From an uncultured Chlamydiae bacterium (GTDB taxonomy: Bacteria; Chlamydiota; Chlamydiia; Chlamydiales; JAJFMB01), in assembly GCA_963696295.1 (NCBI GenBank), contig CAVOJR010000002.1:1-64000 (forward strand): a DNA stretch of 64,000 nt, given 5' to 3'. How positions within the stretch are numbered: position 1 is the first letter of the stretch; each line of letters opens with the position of its first letter. Below are positions 8,638-19,160 of this stretch, one piece after another. The notes below the pieces were generated by a model. That model was given only the letters and a program-made list of their open reading frames with translations. It was not told the DNA's origin and searched no databases. The translations under genes were made by a program, and so were the position numbers.

Positions 8638-10309
8638 GGCCGGAAAGCTCTTGCAGTGCATCGTCGAGGGATGTGGGCCAAGGAATGTGGTCGCCCAACA
8701 ATTCGTGTTGTCTAACTTCCTTTCCCCGTAATCTTATGATTTCTGTCTCTTCCACTGTACCACTGCACACCAACAAGTAATAATTGACTTGACTTGACAT
8801 CTGACCGCGTCGATGAATACGATCGAGGGATTGCAGATAATGTGCTGCTTGATTCGAATAGGAGACATAAACAGCATCATAGGACGCGTGAAGCGTGATT
8901 CCCGCTCCAGCAGCCGCCGGGTTTCCCAGAAATAGCATGGTGTTTGGGTCTTCCTGGAAGGATTTCACGGCAGTTTTTCTGGAGGCTGTAGATGTTATCG
9001 ACCCGTCTACGCGCACAGGGTTAAAGCAACGATAACGCTCCATGATTTCGTCCAAGCTACGCTTGAAGAAAGACCAGACGATTACCTTGCGCTTTCGGGA
9101 AATAAGACGTTCCAAAAGCTCGTCCAATGCTTCATATTTGACAGGGGTCTCCGAAAGCGTGGGATCGAGCGCTCCAGGGCATGCACAGATTTGCAGCAAT
9201 GCGGCTCGCCGCTGAAAATAGGTTGCTAGCCTTTTTTTGAACGTTGCGTTACTTAACGTTCTAAGTTCGAGCTCTAACTCAGAACGTGCTATGTTGTACA
9301 TGAGGGCTTGCTTGCCTTTTAAGTGGACCTTTATCACATGGAAGTTTTTGTCGGGAACGTGCTGCAATATTTCGGATTTTAACCGCCGGATAAACAAACC
9401 CCGTGTATCTACCAAACGCAAAATCTCGTCCCAGTCCTCTGCGGGAGCTTTGGACTTCGTAAAGCCACCGAAGGTGTATCCTAAGTCCGCCAGATCGAAC
9501 TGGTTTATGAGATCATGTGCGGAATTGGGGGCGGGTGTCCCACAAAGAACGAAGCAACGCTTGCAATGAGCACGCAACTTTCCTACATTCTCCGATCGGA
9601 TCGAATCGCTGTTCTTTAGGTAATACGATTCGTCGACAACCAGCAGATAGCGTCTCGTCGCGGAAGAAGCTATAAGCGAGGTCAACATAACGTCCACACC
9701 TTCGTAGTTCGTAATCAAGACATCGAAATCTTTGAGTGCGGCCTCATATTTCTGCCTTTTATTTCCTTCAGCTAAAACCGTCTTGTATTTATCACCAATG
9801 AAGCTCTGCATGTCTTTGGGCCACTCGTTCACCATACTTTTCGGGCAGACGACGATTAGCGCATCGACAGCGCCAGCCTCCTTCAATACGTCAAAGGAGG
9901 CAATCGACATAACGGTCTTGCCGCTCCCCTGTTCGTCAAACTGACACAATCCTAATATGTCGGGTAAAGTCATAGCCGCAACTGCGATCACTTGGGCCGG
10001 ATCCAAGATTTCAAGCCATTTCGCGGGTATGCTTTTATTGCTACCTTCCTCGATGAGCCGCAACGCTCTTTCTCTGGCAGCGCGGTGTCTTTCCAACGCC
10101 TCCAAGCAACTTCTTACGCAGATATCGTTCTTTGTTGCTTCGTCCAGCAGGTCTTGTATCAAAGGGAGGGTGGAGGCAGGGATAATAATTGTGTTCTTTT
10201 CCGATTTTTGAAGGGTGCCGATACGCCTTCCAATTTCTGATTTTAGCTTGAGAAACTCCATTCCCGAAGCGGAGATCGTAGCTTCTCCGTTATTGATATT
10301 TACTTTCAT
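8630..10309 (-). CDS. SNF2-family (SF2) helicase/ATPase
   Basis: DEQGSGKT (I), VCPKS (Ia), VVDESY (II), LCGTPAPN (III), AAGAGITL (V), QSLDRIHRRGQ (VI). Confidence 0.9.
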   Translation of the reverse strand: MKVNINNGEATISASGMEFLKLKSEIGRRIGTLQKSEKNTIIIPASTLPLIQDLLDEATKNDICVRSCLEALERHRAARERALRLIEEGSNKSIPAKWLEILDPAQVIAVAAMTLPDILGLCQFDEQGSGKTVMSIASFDVLKEAGAVDALIVVCPKSMVNEWPKDMQSFIGDKYKTVLAEGNKRQKYEAALKDFDVLITNYEGVDVMLTSLIASSATRRYLLVVDESYYLKNSDSIRSENVGKLRAHCKRCFVLCGTPAPNSAHDLINQFDLADLGYTFGGFTKSKAPAEDWDEILRLVDTRGLFIRRLKSEILQHVPDKNFHVIKVHLKGKQALMYNIARSELELELRTLSNATFKKRLATYFQRRAALLQICACPGALDPTLSETPVKYEALDELLERLISRKRKVIVWSFFKRSLDEIMERYRCFNPVRVDGSITSTASRKTAVKSFQEDPNTMLFLGNPAAAGAGITLHASYDAVYVSYSNQAAHYLQSLDRIHRRGQMSSQVNYYLLVCSGTVEETEIIRLRGKEVRQHELLGDHIPWPTSLDDALQELSGHV

Positions 10310-11436
10310 GCAGTCTTCTCTCTTACCGCCCGACTCATCTTTATGACCATTTCAAGTGCTATTTCGAGATTTTCCTTAGACTTGTCGGGCAGAAGGTTCA
10401 TTTCCACCGCTGTCATTTCATTAAGGAACTTGACGAAACTGTCGATACGTCCAACCGCCTCGTCGGTACTGCGGACAATGCGCGTATTATACTCTAAGAT
10501 CGCCTTCGCCGACTTTGCCGCAGTAGGATCAGGTTGCATCAGGACGGCTTTGGCTTCTGGATTCTTCCACGCCTTGTATGCTACACGTACCTCAGGAAAG
10601 CTTGAGAACTTTCCCTCTTGTATCCATTTGAAGAACTGTAACTTGAAGTCAAAGTCTATTTTGATCTGATCGAAGAAGGACTTCTGTGCTTCGTTGAAAT
10701 ATTGATAGTTTTTGGCCGCTATTGTTTCTGCCTCTTGCTCCGAAAGACCCAAGCCTCCGCCATTCTCGTCATTCGGATCGGGCGATGCAGTGGCATACAT
10801 AATGAATTCAGAAATGATCTCATTGATTTTTAATGTTTCTTTGATCTTGCTTTTTTTCCAATTGAACTTTTTGGAAATTTGCTCCAATGTTAGGCCATTC
10901 TCGGACTCTTCGACGACCATCATCGCTTTGACGTAGTCCGGCCATTCGATTTTGAATGATGCGGAGAAGTTCTCCTCCACGAGCACGTTCTGTTCGTCCT
11001 CTTCAGAGGCTTCCTGAGTTAGGACGTAGGCATCGATGATCTCTAGATCCTGTCTGTTTGGATCTGTGATGGGCATCGTCTCCAAGGCGTATTTGATTGC
11101 GAAAAAGCGCCTGTTTCCGTCTAGCAGCTTCCCATCGAACGACATTGTTAGCGGTTCTCTCAAACCGTTTTTGATTATATCATCCCTCAGATCCTTCAAC
11201 TTTACCTCTGGATCGTTTTTCATTAGGTCGGCAATCTCTTCTTGAGACAACTGACGGTCGCCAACCTTTCGTGCTAAAGTTTTCCTGGCAAGCTCGATTC
11301 GAGGATTATCCACCCAACCCTTGATGGTTGTGATCTTCACCTTACCCTCCCAAACAACAAGCTTTCTGCCATTGTAGAGGCGTTGCTTAATGATAGGTTC
11401 CCTCTTGTCTAAAAAAAATGATGGTTTTTCTGTCAT
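10306..11436 (-). CDS. ParB/Sulfiredoxin-like N-terminal domain protein
   Basis: DNPRI, DIIKNGLREPL and LLDGNRRFFA motifs, then an HTH-like segment (LTLEQISKKFNWKKSKI). Confidence 0.8.
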   Translation of the reverse strand: MTEKPSFFLDKREPIIKQRLYNGRKLVVWEGKVKITTIKGWVDNPRIELARKTLARKVGDRQLSQEEIADLMKNDPEVKLKDLRDDIIKNGLREPLTMSFDGKLLDGNRRFFAIKYALETMPITDPNRQDLEIIDAYVLTQEASEEDEQNVLVEENFSASFKIEWPDYVKAMMVVEESENGLTLEQISKKFNWKKSKIKETLKINEIISEFIMYATASPDPNDENGGGLGLSEQEAETIAAKNYQYFNEAQKSFFDQIKIDFDFKLQFFKWIQEGKFSSFPEVRVAYKAWKNPEAKAVLMQPDPTAAKSAKAILEYNTRIVRSTDEAVGRIDSFVKFLNEMTAVEMNLLPDKSKENLEIALEMVIKMSRAVREKTA

Positions 11437-11447
11437 GAGATGCTTCT

Positions 11448-12284
11448 TTATGTTAATACTGTGAATTTAATTTGGTTTGTTTCTAATGTACCTTCAAGGT
11501 GGACAATATAGTTTACAAGATCGTCTCTGCTCAGGGATTCGAAACGATTGTCTGAATAATCCGGCGCAGATTTGGTAAAGGCTTGATGTGTTGCAGAAAA
11601 CGGAGTAGTAAGAATATGACGATGCGCCATAACTTTTTCCTTTTCGATGCGTTGAATCCAAAATTTTGACAATTGCGGATTAAATCTTTCATTTAGCGCT
11701 GTTGAAAGGGCATCGATGTAGTCTTTGGCTTCATCGTTTAAGCGAGTATCCCGCATAACGAATATAGCCAAATCCGTGAACGGAGTTGGATTTTTAATCT
11801 CAGAAAGTAGTTTTGGAAGACTGTCTGGCCAGTCTTGATGTAGTTCAATGCCCCACTTCAGTCCGGTTGCAGCCGTTCCGAGCTTAATCATAGGAGTTGG
11901 GGGTCGTTTTGGGTAAAAATAGGGTTCAGACTGTTCCGTGGCTTTTTTTAAGGGTACAGTTAGAAAGTTTGATGAAATTCGCTTTTCTGGGTGCTTACCC
12001 GTGCGGTCGATCTTACCAAGCTCTGTTACTTGAATGATTTTCTGAGGGCTTCTCTGTAACAAGACTAGTTTGGTGAACTCCAGCTCGATGGCTTTTCTGT
12101 TGTTTTTGCCTTCGGTCTTGTCAGGGTTTAAATCGAGGAGACTAAGATTCGTTTTCTTGCTTACGGCATCAAATGCAAAAAAATACATGAGACATGACGT
12201 ACGTTCAAGATGGGTCTTTCCCTTATGTTTCCTGGATGCCAACCTTTTAAAGGAAGTGTGTACCTGGTCTGAGCTGAAGTACAT
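11448..12284 (-). CDS. Hypothetical protein within the methyltransferase operon
   Basis: 278-aa ORF, 9 bp after the MTase stop and 11 bp before the ParB-like gene; no recognised motif. Confidence 0.75.
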   Translation of the reverse strand: MYFSSDQVHTSFKRLASRKHKGKTHLERTSCLMYFFAFDAVSKKTNLSLLDLNPDKTEGKNNRKAIELEFTKLVLLQRSPQKIIQVTELGKIDRTGKHPEKRISSNFLTVPLKKATEQSEPYFYPKRPPTPMIKLGTAATGLKWGIELHQDWPDSLPKLLSEIKNPTPFTDLAIFVMRDTRLNDEAKDYIDALSTALNERFNPQLSKFWIQRIEKEKVMAHRHILTTPFSATHQAFTKSAPDYSDNRFESLSRDDLVNYIVHLEGTLETNQIKFTVLT

Positions 12285-12293
12285 AATTTTGTT

Positions 12294-13694
12294 TTAGCCC
12301 TTTTGGGATTTACTTTGTAAATTTTTTATTGTCGAGAAAATGACATCGCGATCGCAAGCACGGAGAGGCTTTCCTGCCCCAATAAATTGGTCGAAAGTTA
12401 GATAAGCCCCGAAGCTGCGCAAATCCTTGCCATTCAATACATGGACAATCTGTTTTGCAAGTTCGTAGGCAAGGCGAGGTGGCACAGCGTTTCCGATCTG
12501 CTGGTATTTTGATTTGACTGTTCTTCCATCGAACTTGAACCAGTCAGGAAAGGACTGGATACGACTAATTTCTCTTACGGAGAAAATGCGATTTTCTGTT
12601 GGATGCCACACACCTGCGTTTTCGGGCTTGAATGCCGCAGTGATGGTGCCGGCTATTTCATTTCTGTGGAAACGACGATAAAAATTTGGCCATCGATAGC
12701 GTTCTATATTGTCCCATATCTTTTGAAGTCGCGGTGGCAACTTATCATATGGAATATCCTTCCACGACCCTCCTTCTGGAACCATGTTTCCAATGCGTAG
12801 GGCCTGTGGGTTCAACTGCAGCAACTCGTTTTGGTTGGGCGCATCCGCTGTTAAGTCAAGGATTGTGTGCTCCAGGGAAAGGTCGTCTCTATCAACGGGT
12901 TGTGGGAAGGAGAACAGGCCGATCTTCTCGAGCCGTGCCACACCAACTATAAACACACGCAGCCTTTTTTGGGCAACATGGTGGCGAGAGGCATCAACCA
13001 AGCTAAACACAACATCGTATCCGAGCTTATCAAGCTGAGTGCAAATCTCTTCAATCAGGAGCTTTTCCCCGTTTTTGAATGACAGAAGGCCGCGAACGTT
13101 CTCGAATACAACCACTCTGGGTTTCATTATTTCTACAATGTCTATTGCTGTCTGAAAAAGAGTACCTCTATCGTCCTTAACGCCCTTGCGAGATCCAGCA
13201 TTGGAAAAAGGCTGACAAGGGAAGCCGGCTGTAAGAACATCGGGGCTTAATTTCAGCTTGGGCAACTTTATTGTTCTAAGATCACCTTCGACAATCTCGC
13301 CAATATTGAGTCTGTAGGATCGGCAAGCATCAGGATCTATATCGTTCGCAAAAACCGTTTTAAATCCGGCTTGCCTAAAGCCAAGATCGAATCCTCCGCA
13401 TCCAGTGAACAAACTTACATGAGAAAATTCACACATATCTTCGGACCCTAGGCAATCGCCGAACACGCTCCAAGGCCTATCGTTCGAATCTGGACATGTC
13501 ATCGACTTCAGAGCGCCAGACAAAAGGTCTTGTAAAGTTGTTTGCCTGCTGTCAGCCAACTCTTTAATTTTGCCATGCGTTACCTTGTCGACTTCTACAG
13601 TTATTGTCTTAACATCCAGCCGCTTACGGCGTGCGGCTTGGGAAAGACGGATGGCTTCCTTACGGTCAGCGGAAAAGGGGATAGAGTTTGACAT
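12294..13694 (-). CDS. DNA (cytosine-5)-methyltransferase with an N-terminal RHH-like extension
   Basis: LFTGCGG (I), GFPCQPFS (IV), ENVRG (VI), QKRLRVF (VIII), YQQIGNAVPP (X). Confidence 0.95.
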   Translation of the reverse strand: MSNSIPFSADRKEAIRLSQAARRKRLDVKTITVEVDKVTHGKIKELADSRQTTLQDLLSGALKSMTCPDSNDRPWSVFGDCLGSEDMCEFSHVSLFTGCGGFDLGFRQAGFKTVFANDIDPDACRSYRLNIGEIVEGDLRTIKLPKLKLSPDVLTAGFPCQPFSNAGSRKGVKDDRGTLFQTAIDIVEIMKPRVVVFENVRGLLSFKNGEKLLIEEICTQLDKLGYDVVFSLVDASRHHVAQKRLRVFIVGVARLEKIGLFSFPQPVDRDDLSLEHTILDLTADAPNQNELLQLNPQALRIGNMVPEGGSWKDIPYDKLPPRLQKIWDNIERYRWPNFYRRFHRNEIAGTITAAFKPENAGVWHPTENRIFSVREISRIQSFPDWFKFDGRTVKSKYQQIGNAVPPRLAYELAKQIVHVLNGKDLRSFGAYLTFDQFIGAGKPLRACDRDVIFSTIKNLQSKSQKG

Positions 13695-13734
13695 GAGGGA
13701 TCCTTTGTATATTTATCTAGAAACAAGCATTTTT

Positions 13735-13750
13735 TGTTTACATGTAAACA
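13735..13750. promoter_or_regulatory. Perfect 16-bp palindrome TGTTTACATGTAAACA, candidate operator
   Basis: Seen directly, 41-56 bp upstream of the MTase start in the vsr-MTase spacer. Confidence 0.5.
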
Positions 13751-13759
13751 TAGAACCAG

Positions 13760-14182
13760 CTATTCCGCAAGAAATTTAAAGATTTTTTGGTTAACCCAAG
13801 GTTTTTTTATTTCACATTCCCAGATCGTAAGCGATTTCCAACCTTCTTTAAGTAGCGCCCTTACGCTGGCCGAATCTCGCCCCTTGTTTTTATCAATCTT
13901 TTGTTTCCAAAATTTCGTTCTGGTTTTGGGAAGCTTCTGCAAGCGACATATATGTCCGTGCCAAAAACAGCCGTGAACGAATATTACTTTCTTCAATCTC
14001 GCAAAGACCAAATCGGGGCATCCTGGCAACTTTTTTCCATGTAGACGATAGCGAAATCCAGCTGCCCAAATCAGGCGACGAACAGCCATTTCCGGTTTTG
14101 TATGCTTGCTTCTGATCTTTGACATGAGCGCACTACGCTCTGTTTTGGTTAAATGATCCATTATCAACTTTGAATGCCGCAT
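13760..14182 (-). CDS. vsr: Very short patch repair endonuclease
   Basis: DHLTKTERSALMSKIRSKHTKPE, LPGCPDLVF, FVHGCFWHGH, FWKQKIDKNKGRD, IWECE. Confidence 0.95.
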   Translation of the reverse strand: MRHSKLIMDHLTKTERSALMSKIRSKHTKPEMAVRRLIWAAGFRYRLHGKKLPGCPDLVFARLKKVIFVHGCFWHGHICRLQKLPKTRTKFWKQKIDKNKGRDSASVRALLKEGWKSLTIWECEIKKPWVNQKIFKFLAE

Positions 14183-14613
14183 TGATCTTAGGCATTTTTG
14201 GTTTTGCGTATCGTTATTTTTTTACCGTATCACCGCTCGTCACAATCTATGAATCTGGAAATTAATATTCTGGTTTTTACTTGACAATCTACTCAGACAT
14301 TGTGATATTCGACTGATATTACTTTTCTTTTTGTTACATAATATGGATGTAAAAGATATAAGTAAAGTAAATTCAATTGTCAATTAAACATAATAATTAG
14401 TTTAATACTAACTATTTTTTGATTGCAATTCAGATGGATTTCTCCGCAGTGCAGCAACGGTGCACTGGCGGTGCTACGGTGCAACCAACTATCCATCCCC
14501 AATCCGCAAAAACCATTAGCAATATAAAACCTATCCCCCTTATCATCATACCCATAGCGACTGGATGGTAACGGATAAGTGTGCGTTCCCTCGCCCTCAT
14601 AATCCGTTGGTCG

Positions 14614-17600
14614 TTAGTGCAAATTATACTCGCCACAATTTTTAAGTCGAAACCAACACAGTCTTTCTGCACTACCATAAGCAAAAAGAGAATTCACTAG
14701 ATTAACAAGTTTTAATTGCTCCACATTACTTACTACCGCGTTCCCAAGGTTGGGATTTCCCACTATTATCGCGAGAGTTTGTGCTCTTGAGACGGCTACA
14801 TTGATACGGTTTTTATTCAATAAGAAGTCGAGACCTCTTGGTGATTCGCTGGCATCGCTAGTACACATACTGAGAAATACGATAGGCGCCTCTTGCCCTT
14901 GGAATTTATCAACTGTGCCCACTTTTGCCTGTGAACCCAAAGCCGCTTTTAGCTTAATACATTGGTAATTATAGGGAGCTACAAATAGTATATCCTCCCA
15001 AGTGACTTTACGACTTCCATCTGCTGTTATGAGAGTCCGGTCCAGGAGTTCGCTTGTTAATTTTTTGATTTCGGCAACTTCTTCATCGGATGCTTGGGTG
15101 TTACCTTCATGGTGGATGGGTATATAGATGATTCCCGCCTCTTTATTAAGCTTGCCTTCGTAGGCTGCGGGAACTTGTATTGTTCTCCTTTCGTTTTCGT
15201 AATGAGGCTGAAGCTTGCCGTCATAGATGTTTTCACTTATGAAACTATTCAGCGATGGATGCATGCGGTATGTGGTACCTAGGAAGACTCCCATTTCGTC
15301 CGAAATGGTCGGGGAGTCATGGAGTAGATAATCCAAGATTGACAATCCGCTTTCATCAGGATGTGTCCCTTGTGTGGGTTGGCCTAGCTGCATCTGATCG
15401 CCCATAAGAACGAGATTTTTCGCGCTACGACTCATCGCGACCAAATTTGCTACGGCGACCTGTCCTGCTTCATCTATAAAGAGATAATCCAGCTTGCCGG
15501 CCATATCATCGCGAGAATACCCCCAAGCGGTTGAGCCCAGAACGCAACCGGCCTTGACATGGTTTGTAAGGTCTCCGTTGTCTGTAAGAATTACCCCTTC
15601 TTCCTTAAGGCTGGCGTCGGTTTCTTTAGTGCAAACAAAAGAAGCTTTTATACCCTGTTTATTACAGTATTTTGCTGTGCTAAGTAGTAGATGGTTAATG
15701 GCTTTATGACTGTTGCTTGAAATTCCGATTTTGTGTCCCGCTTGCACTAGCTTTGCAATCACATGTTTGGCTGTATAGGACTTTCCTGCTCCCGGCGGTC
15801 CTTGAATGGTCAAGTAGCTGTTGTCCAAATTCGCGATTGCTTGAATAATTTGCTCAAGTCTTTCTTCCGGATTATTGCATGTTACAATTGGGCCGCCTTG
15901 ATGTCCTTTGATCTTAGGTTTATCGTGATTAAGAAAATCTAAAATGGCACACTGTTGAATGTTTGCCGTTTGGTAATCTGAGACGATCTGCGTAATTGAC
16001 TCGGGGATCGGTTTTGGTTTGACGAATTCGTCGGGTATTAGTGAAATGAGCGCTTTTGGCTCTTTCTGGGATTTTAAGACGATCAGACCATTTTCTAAGT
16101 CGCTTTCCTCTGTGATATAGTCCACTTTAATTCGTTTGCCTTGCTCGTCTTCTTCACCCAATAGATAGAATTGTTTGGTTGGTCCTTTAAATTCCTGCGC
16201 AGGGTCAAAGCGATATTCATATGCTATTTTTTTATCCTTCGGCTTTTTGAAGGATTCCCTGTCTGTTCGTTGGCAGAGAGCCAGGCAATCTGAATCATCT
16301 AATAGCTCCTCATGGCTAAGACCGAGCCTATCGAAGAGTCGCCAAAATACGGGTTTGGCTTCTCGTGAATGGAATTCCAGCATCCAGGCAAGATTCTTTG
16401 TTAGTTGTGCTTGTTTAGGGTTAGAGTCATTTAAGTGTTTTGCCTTTTCGAGCAGCCGATCTCTAAGAAGAGGACGCTCTGTAACTTCTTCCTTAACTTC
16501 AGGTTCATAAACTTCGGCTTTTCCAAGATAGGTAATATTGTGCTCTTCCTGACGTTTTCGAAGCCAGTCAACAAGCTCTTGGGTGGATTCACAGTCGTCA
16601 ATATTGTAGTCACGGATGCTTTTAAGAATCGTTGAATTCTCCCATGTTTCACACTCATCACCTAATGCACGAAGTTCTCGCCACTTCTCATAGGCGATTA
16701 GGGAATCTCCACCGCTCCCCACTTCTGTTTTTCGTTTATCTCTGTAGAGCCGCTCAATATTTTTGATGGAATAACGGGGTTCACCGATGATGATGCTTCC
16801 TTTTACGATCTTATAAAGGTCTACAAAGACTTCATTGCGTAAAAGTTGATCTACTTCTTCTTCGCATGTGGCGAATCGCCCCATTAATTTGCGGCAAGCT
16901 TCCACTTCATAATTGGCATAGTGATAAATATGCATTGTGGGATCTCGCTGCCAACGCTCATAAACCCAATGGATGAAATTTTGAAATGCTTGTTTTTCTT
17001 CTTCTCTGTCGTGTGCCCAGAAGTCTTTGAAGTCTCGTTCTCCCGATTCATTGAAATAGGTGCATCCCCATAAATATTCCAAACCGCCTTCGTGTAACGT
17101 GAAGCCTTCAATATCAAAAAATACATCGAGAGGGGAGGCTGGGGGTAATAAAGCAAGTCCTTGCTTTTCTCCTTCTTGTGGAACGATAATTTCATATAGG
17201 GGTTTGGCTTGACCTCGGCTCGCTACTTGAATGTTTGCCTGATTTTTTAATTTCTGATAGACGGATTGATTGATACCGGGTATGTGATCTATATCGGTTT
17301 CAACAAGGTGTTGCATTGTTAGAATACCAAGCCTATTTAATTTCTTGATTTGGCCTCGGGTAATATTAGCGACCTGGAAGAGGTGATCCTTTTCGGTTAG
17401 GAGTTTCTCAGCATAGGTCGACCAATCGCCCCAATTTTTAAAGTCAGCGGGATCGGGCATATTGCCGGGGTCAAAATTTGCCTGAGCTGAGAGAAATGAC
17501 TGTTTTAGCCTGAGGTAATATTGAAAGCATTCATTTGTTTTTAATGTCTTTTTTCCATCCCCTAAAACAACTGTAATATTCTTTGGAAGTACTCCCTGGA

Positions 17601-18075
17601 TAGCTTGTAGCATCTCAGCGTAGCAGCACAACTGGATAACATGGGTGGGTTTGAGGTGTTTCGATAATTTGGCATCCCACACCTCATAATGAAAGTCTCC
17701 TAAATTGCTTTTGCCTGGAACCTTGATTAGAAAGTCTGCAAAGCCCTTAAAACCGCTCATTTCCAGTCGGGCTTGTACGATTACATCTATGCCCTGGTTC
17801 ATAAATGAGAGGGTAGCGGCATGCTTTTCAATATCGCTTTCACCCTCAATTTTTACGATGGACAAGCCTTGTTCTTTAAAGCTTATTTCGACTCGATCTT
17901 CATGAGCATAGCCTCTTTTTTGAAGTGTTGTTGATAAGGGATCTTGGGGGTCTTTTGACGGAGCAAGATGAGGAAACTCAAGCGCGTATCGATCCATCCA
18001 TGAAGCAAATGGACTTTCCATATAGCGAATTAAATCCGAAGGGGAATAAAAATCTTTTTTGCAATTATATTTCAT
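14614..18075 (-). CDS. TM0106-family RecB-like nuclease fused to an SF1 helicase
   Basis: SPSDL, GFADFL..YEVWDAK..QLCCY (RecB-like), FFDIEG/HIYHYA/YNIDDC (RNase H-like), QGPPGAGKS, IDEAGQ, GDQMQL, TVDKFQGQE, NRINVAVSRA. Confidence 0.88.
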   Translation of the reverse strand: MKYNCKKDFYSPSDLIRYMESPFASWMDRYALEFPHLAPSKDPQDPLSTTLQKRGYAHEDRVEISFKEQGLSIVKIEGESDIEKHAATLSFMNQGIDVIVQARLEMSGFKGFADFLIKVPGKSNLGDFHYEVWDAKLSKHLKPTHVIQLCCYAEMLQAIQGVLPKNITVVLGDGKKTLKTNECFQYYLRLKQSFLSAQANFDPGNMPDPADFKNWGDWSTYAEKLLTEKDHLFQVANITRGQIKKLNRLGILTMQHLVETDIDHIPGINQSVYQKLKNQANIQVASRGQAKPLYEIIVPQEGEKQGLALLPPASPLDVFFDIEGFTLHEGGLEYLWGCTYFNESGERDFKDFWAHDREEEKQAFQNFIHWVYERWQRDPTMHIYHYANYEVEACRKLMGRFATCEEEVDQLLRNEVFVDLYKIVKGSIIIGEPRYSIKNIERLYRDKRKTEVGSGGDSLIAYEKWRELRALGDECETWENSTILKSIRDYNIDDCESTQELVDWLRKRQEEHNITYLGKAEVYEPEVKEEVTERPLLRDRLLEKAKHLNDSNPKQAQLTKNLAWMLEFHSREAKPVFWRLFDRLGLSHEELLDDSDCLALCQRTDRESFKKPKDKKIAYEYRFDPAQEFKGPTKQFYLLGEEDEQGKRIKVDYITEESDLENGLIVLKSQKEPKALISLIPDEFVKPKPIPESITQIVSDYQTANIQQCAILDFLNHDKPKIKGHQGGPIVTCNNPEERLEQIIQAIANLDNSYLTIQGPPGAGKSYTAKHVIAKLVQAGHKIGISSNSHKAINHLLLSTAKYCNKQGIKASFVCTKETDASLKEEGVILTDNGDLTNHVKAGCVLGSTAWGYSRDDMAGKLDYLFIDEAGQVAVANLVAMSRSAKNLVLMGDQMQLGQPTQGTHPDESGLSILDYLLHDSPTISDEMGVFLGTTYRMHPSLNSFISENIYDGKLQPHYENERRTIQVPAAYEGKLNKEAGIIYIPIHHEGNTQASDEEVAEIKKLTSELLDRTLITADGSRKVTWEDILFVAPYNYQCIKLKAALGSQAKVGTVDKFQGQEAPIVFLSMCTSDASESPRGLDFLLNKNRINVAVSRAQTLAIIVGNPNLGNAVVSNVEQLKLVNLVNSLFAYGSAERLCWFRLKNCGEYNLH

Positions 18076-18138
18076 TTTTTACCGTTGATTAATTAATGAT
18101 GGAAATATATCATTTATCAACATAAATAAGGAAATAAA

Positions 18139-18490
18139 ATGACATCTGAAGTTTTAGAGAACGAACAAGTTGATAAAATGAAACTTGTTAAAAACGCATA
18201 TATAAAAAGTTTTATCGGAAGTTTTATTGTAGTATTGATTGGGTTAATCACCACTATGATAATAAATCTGTATTTTCCGTTAACCCAAACAAGGCTTATT
18301 GCAAGCCTTTAGTATTGTTCCTGGATCTGCAGCTTTGTTTGGTGTGCAGGGATGGAACATTCAAACATGGTGCGGAACGACATCAGCTGAGATGCTGAAT
18401 CAAAAATTATTTCGTTTTCTGTCGATTATCGGTTTGTTTTTTGCTGTTGTGGCATTTTCATTAAGTCCTTATTCCACCCCGAATACATAA
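18139..18490 (+). pseudogene. Frameshifted small membrane protein
   Basis: ATG at 18139 opens a hydrophobic frame that stops near 18322; a hydrophobic frame continues in 18299..18490. Confidence 0.4.
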
Positions 18491-19160
18491 AGTTCAATTT
18501 ATCCAATTAATAGAGAAGGTTGAAATGAAGGAAAATAGGTCTCAGGTAGACAAATTAATTGTTGCTAGAACAATTTTACAAAAATTGCAAATACTGTATC
18601 AAATTTTCAAGACAAATATTCTGCAACAGCCGCTTTGATTTTATTACAAGATGCATATGAGCTTGTTTTGGTTGCTGCTTATGATAAATTATTTGCTACA
18701 AACGTTCCAGAACAAATCAAATTTGATACCCTTCACAAAGAAGTTGCCGATAAAATTGGAGGTATTGCGTGTTCTCAAGAAATGTATGGAATGAATAAAG
18801 CTCGCGCACCGAACCAAGATAGCTCAAATTTCATATGTGATTTAATATCATAGTATGTCAAACTTGCTGCCCATTTCAGCAAATCGTCATAAGAAGAAGA
18901 AGGTACTCGCGACTCACACAACCATGGTCGATGCTGTGGACGTCCACTCATAAGCACTTCATAAAGTTCTTTTAATTTCATCGTGCAGTACATTTATATC
19001 CGCATGCTTTTTGATTGTATTCCGATGAAGGTTAAAAGGATAGGAAATTCAACCACGAAGTTAATAGTGGTGGCGTAAAATATTTTATGTCTTATAATGG
19101 GCTTCTTAAAACCGAGGTATAATATTCCCTTACTTTTTAGTATAGCGCTGTTCCTTACAA

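Noticed and set aside
10306..11436. Chromosome or plasmid partition parB
   Set aside because: No adjacent parA; similarity is limited to the N-terminal ParB/Srx motif and the gene sits inside an MTase operon
7441..14182. Assignment to DISARM class II, BREX or classical type II RM
   Set aside because: No DUF1998, PLD, PglZ or BrxC-like genes; ParB-like plus SNF2 is not part of simple type II RM
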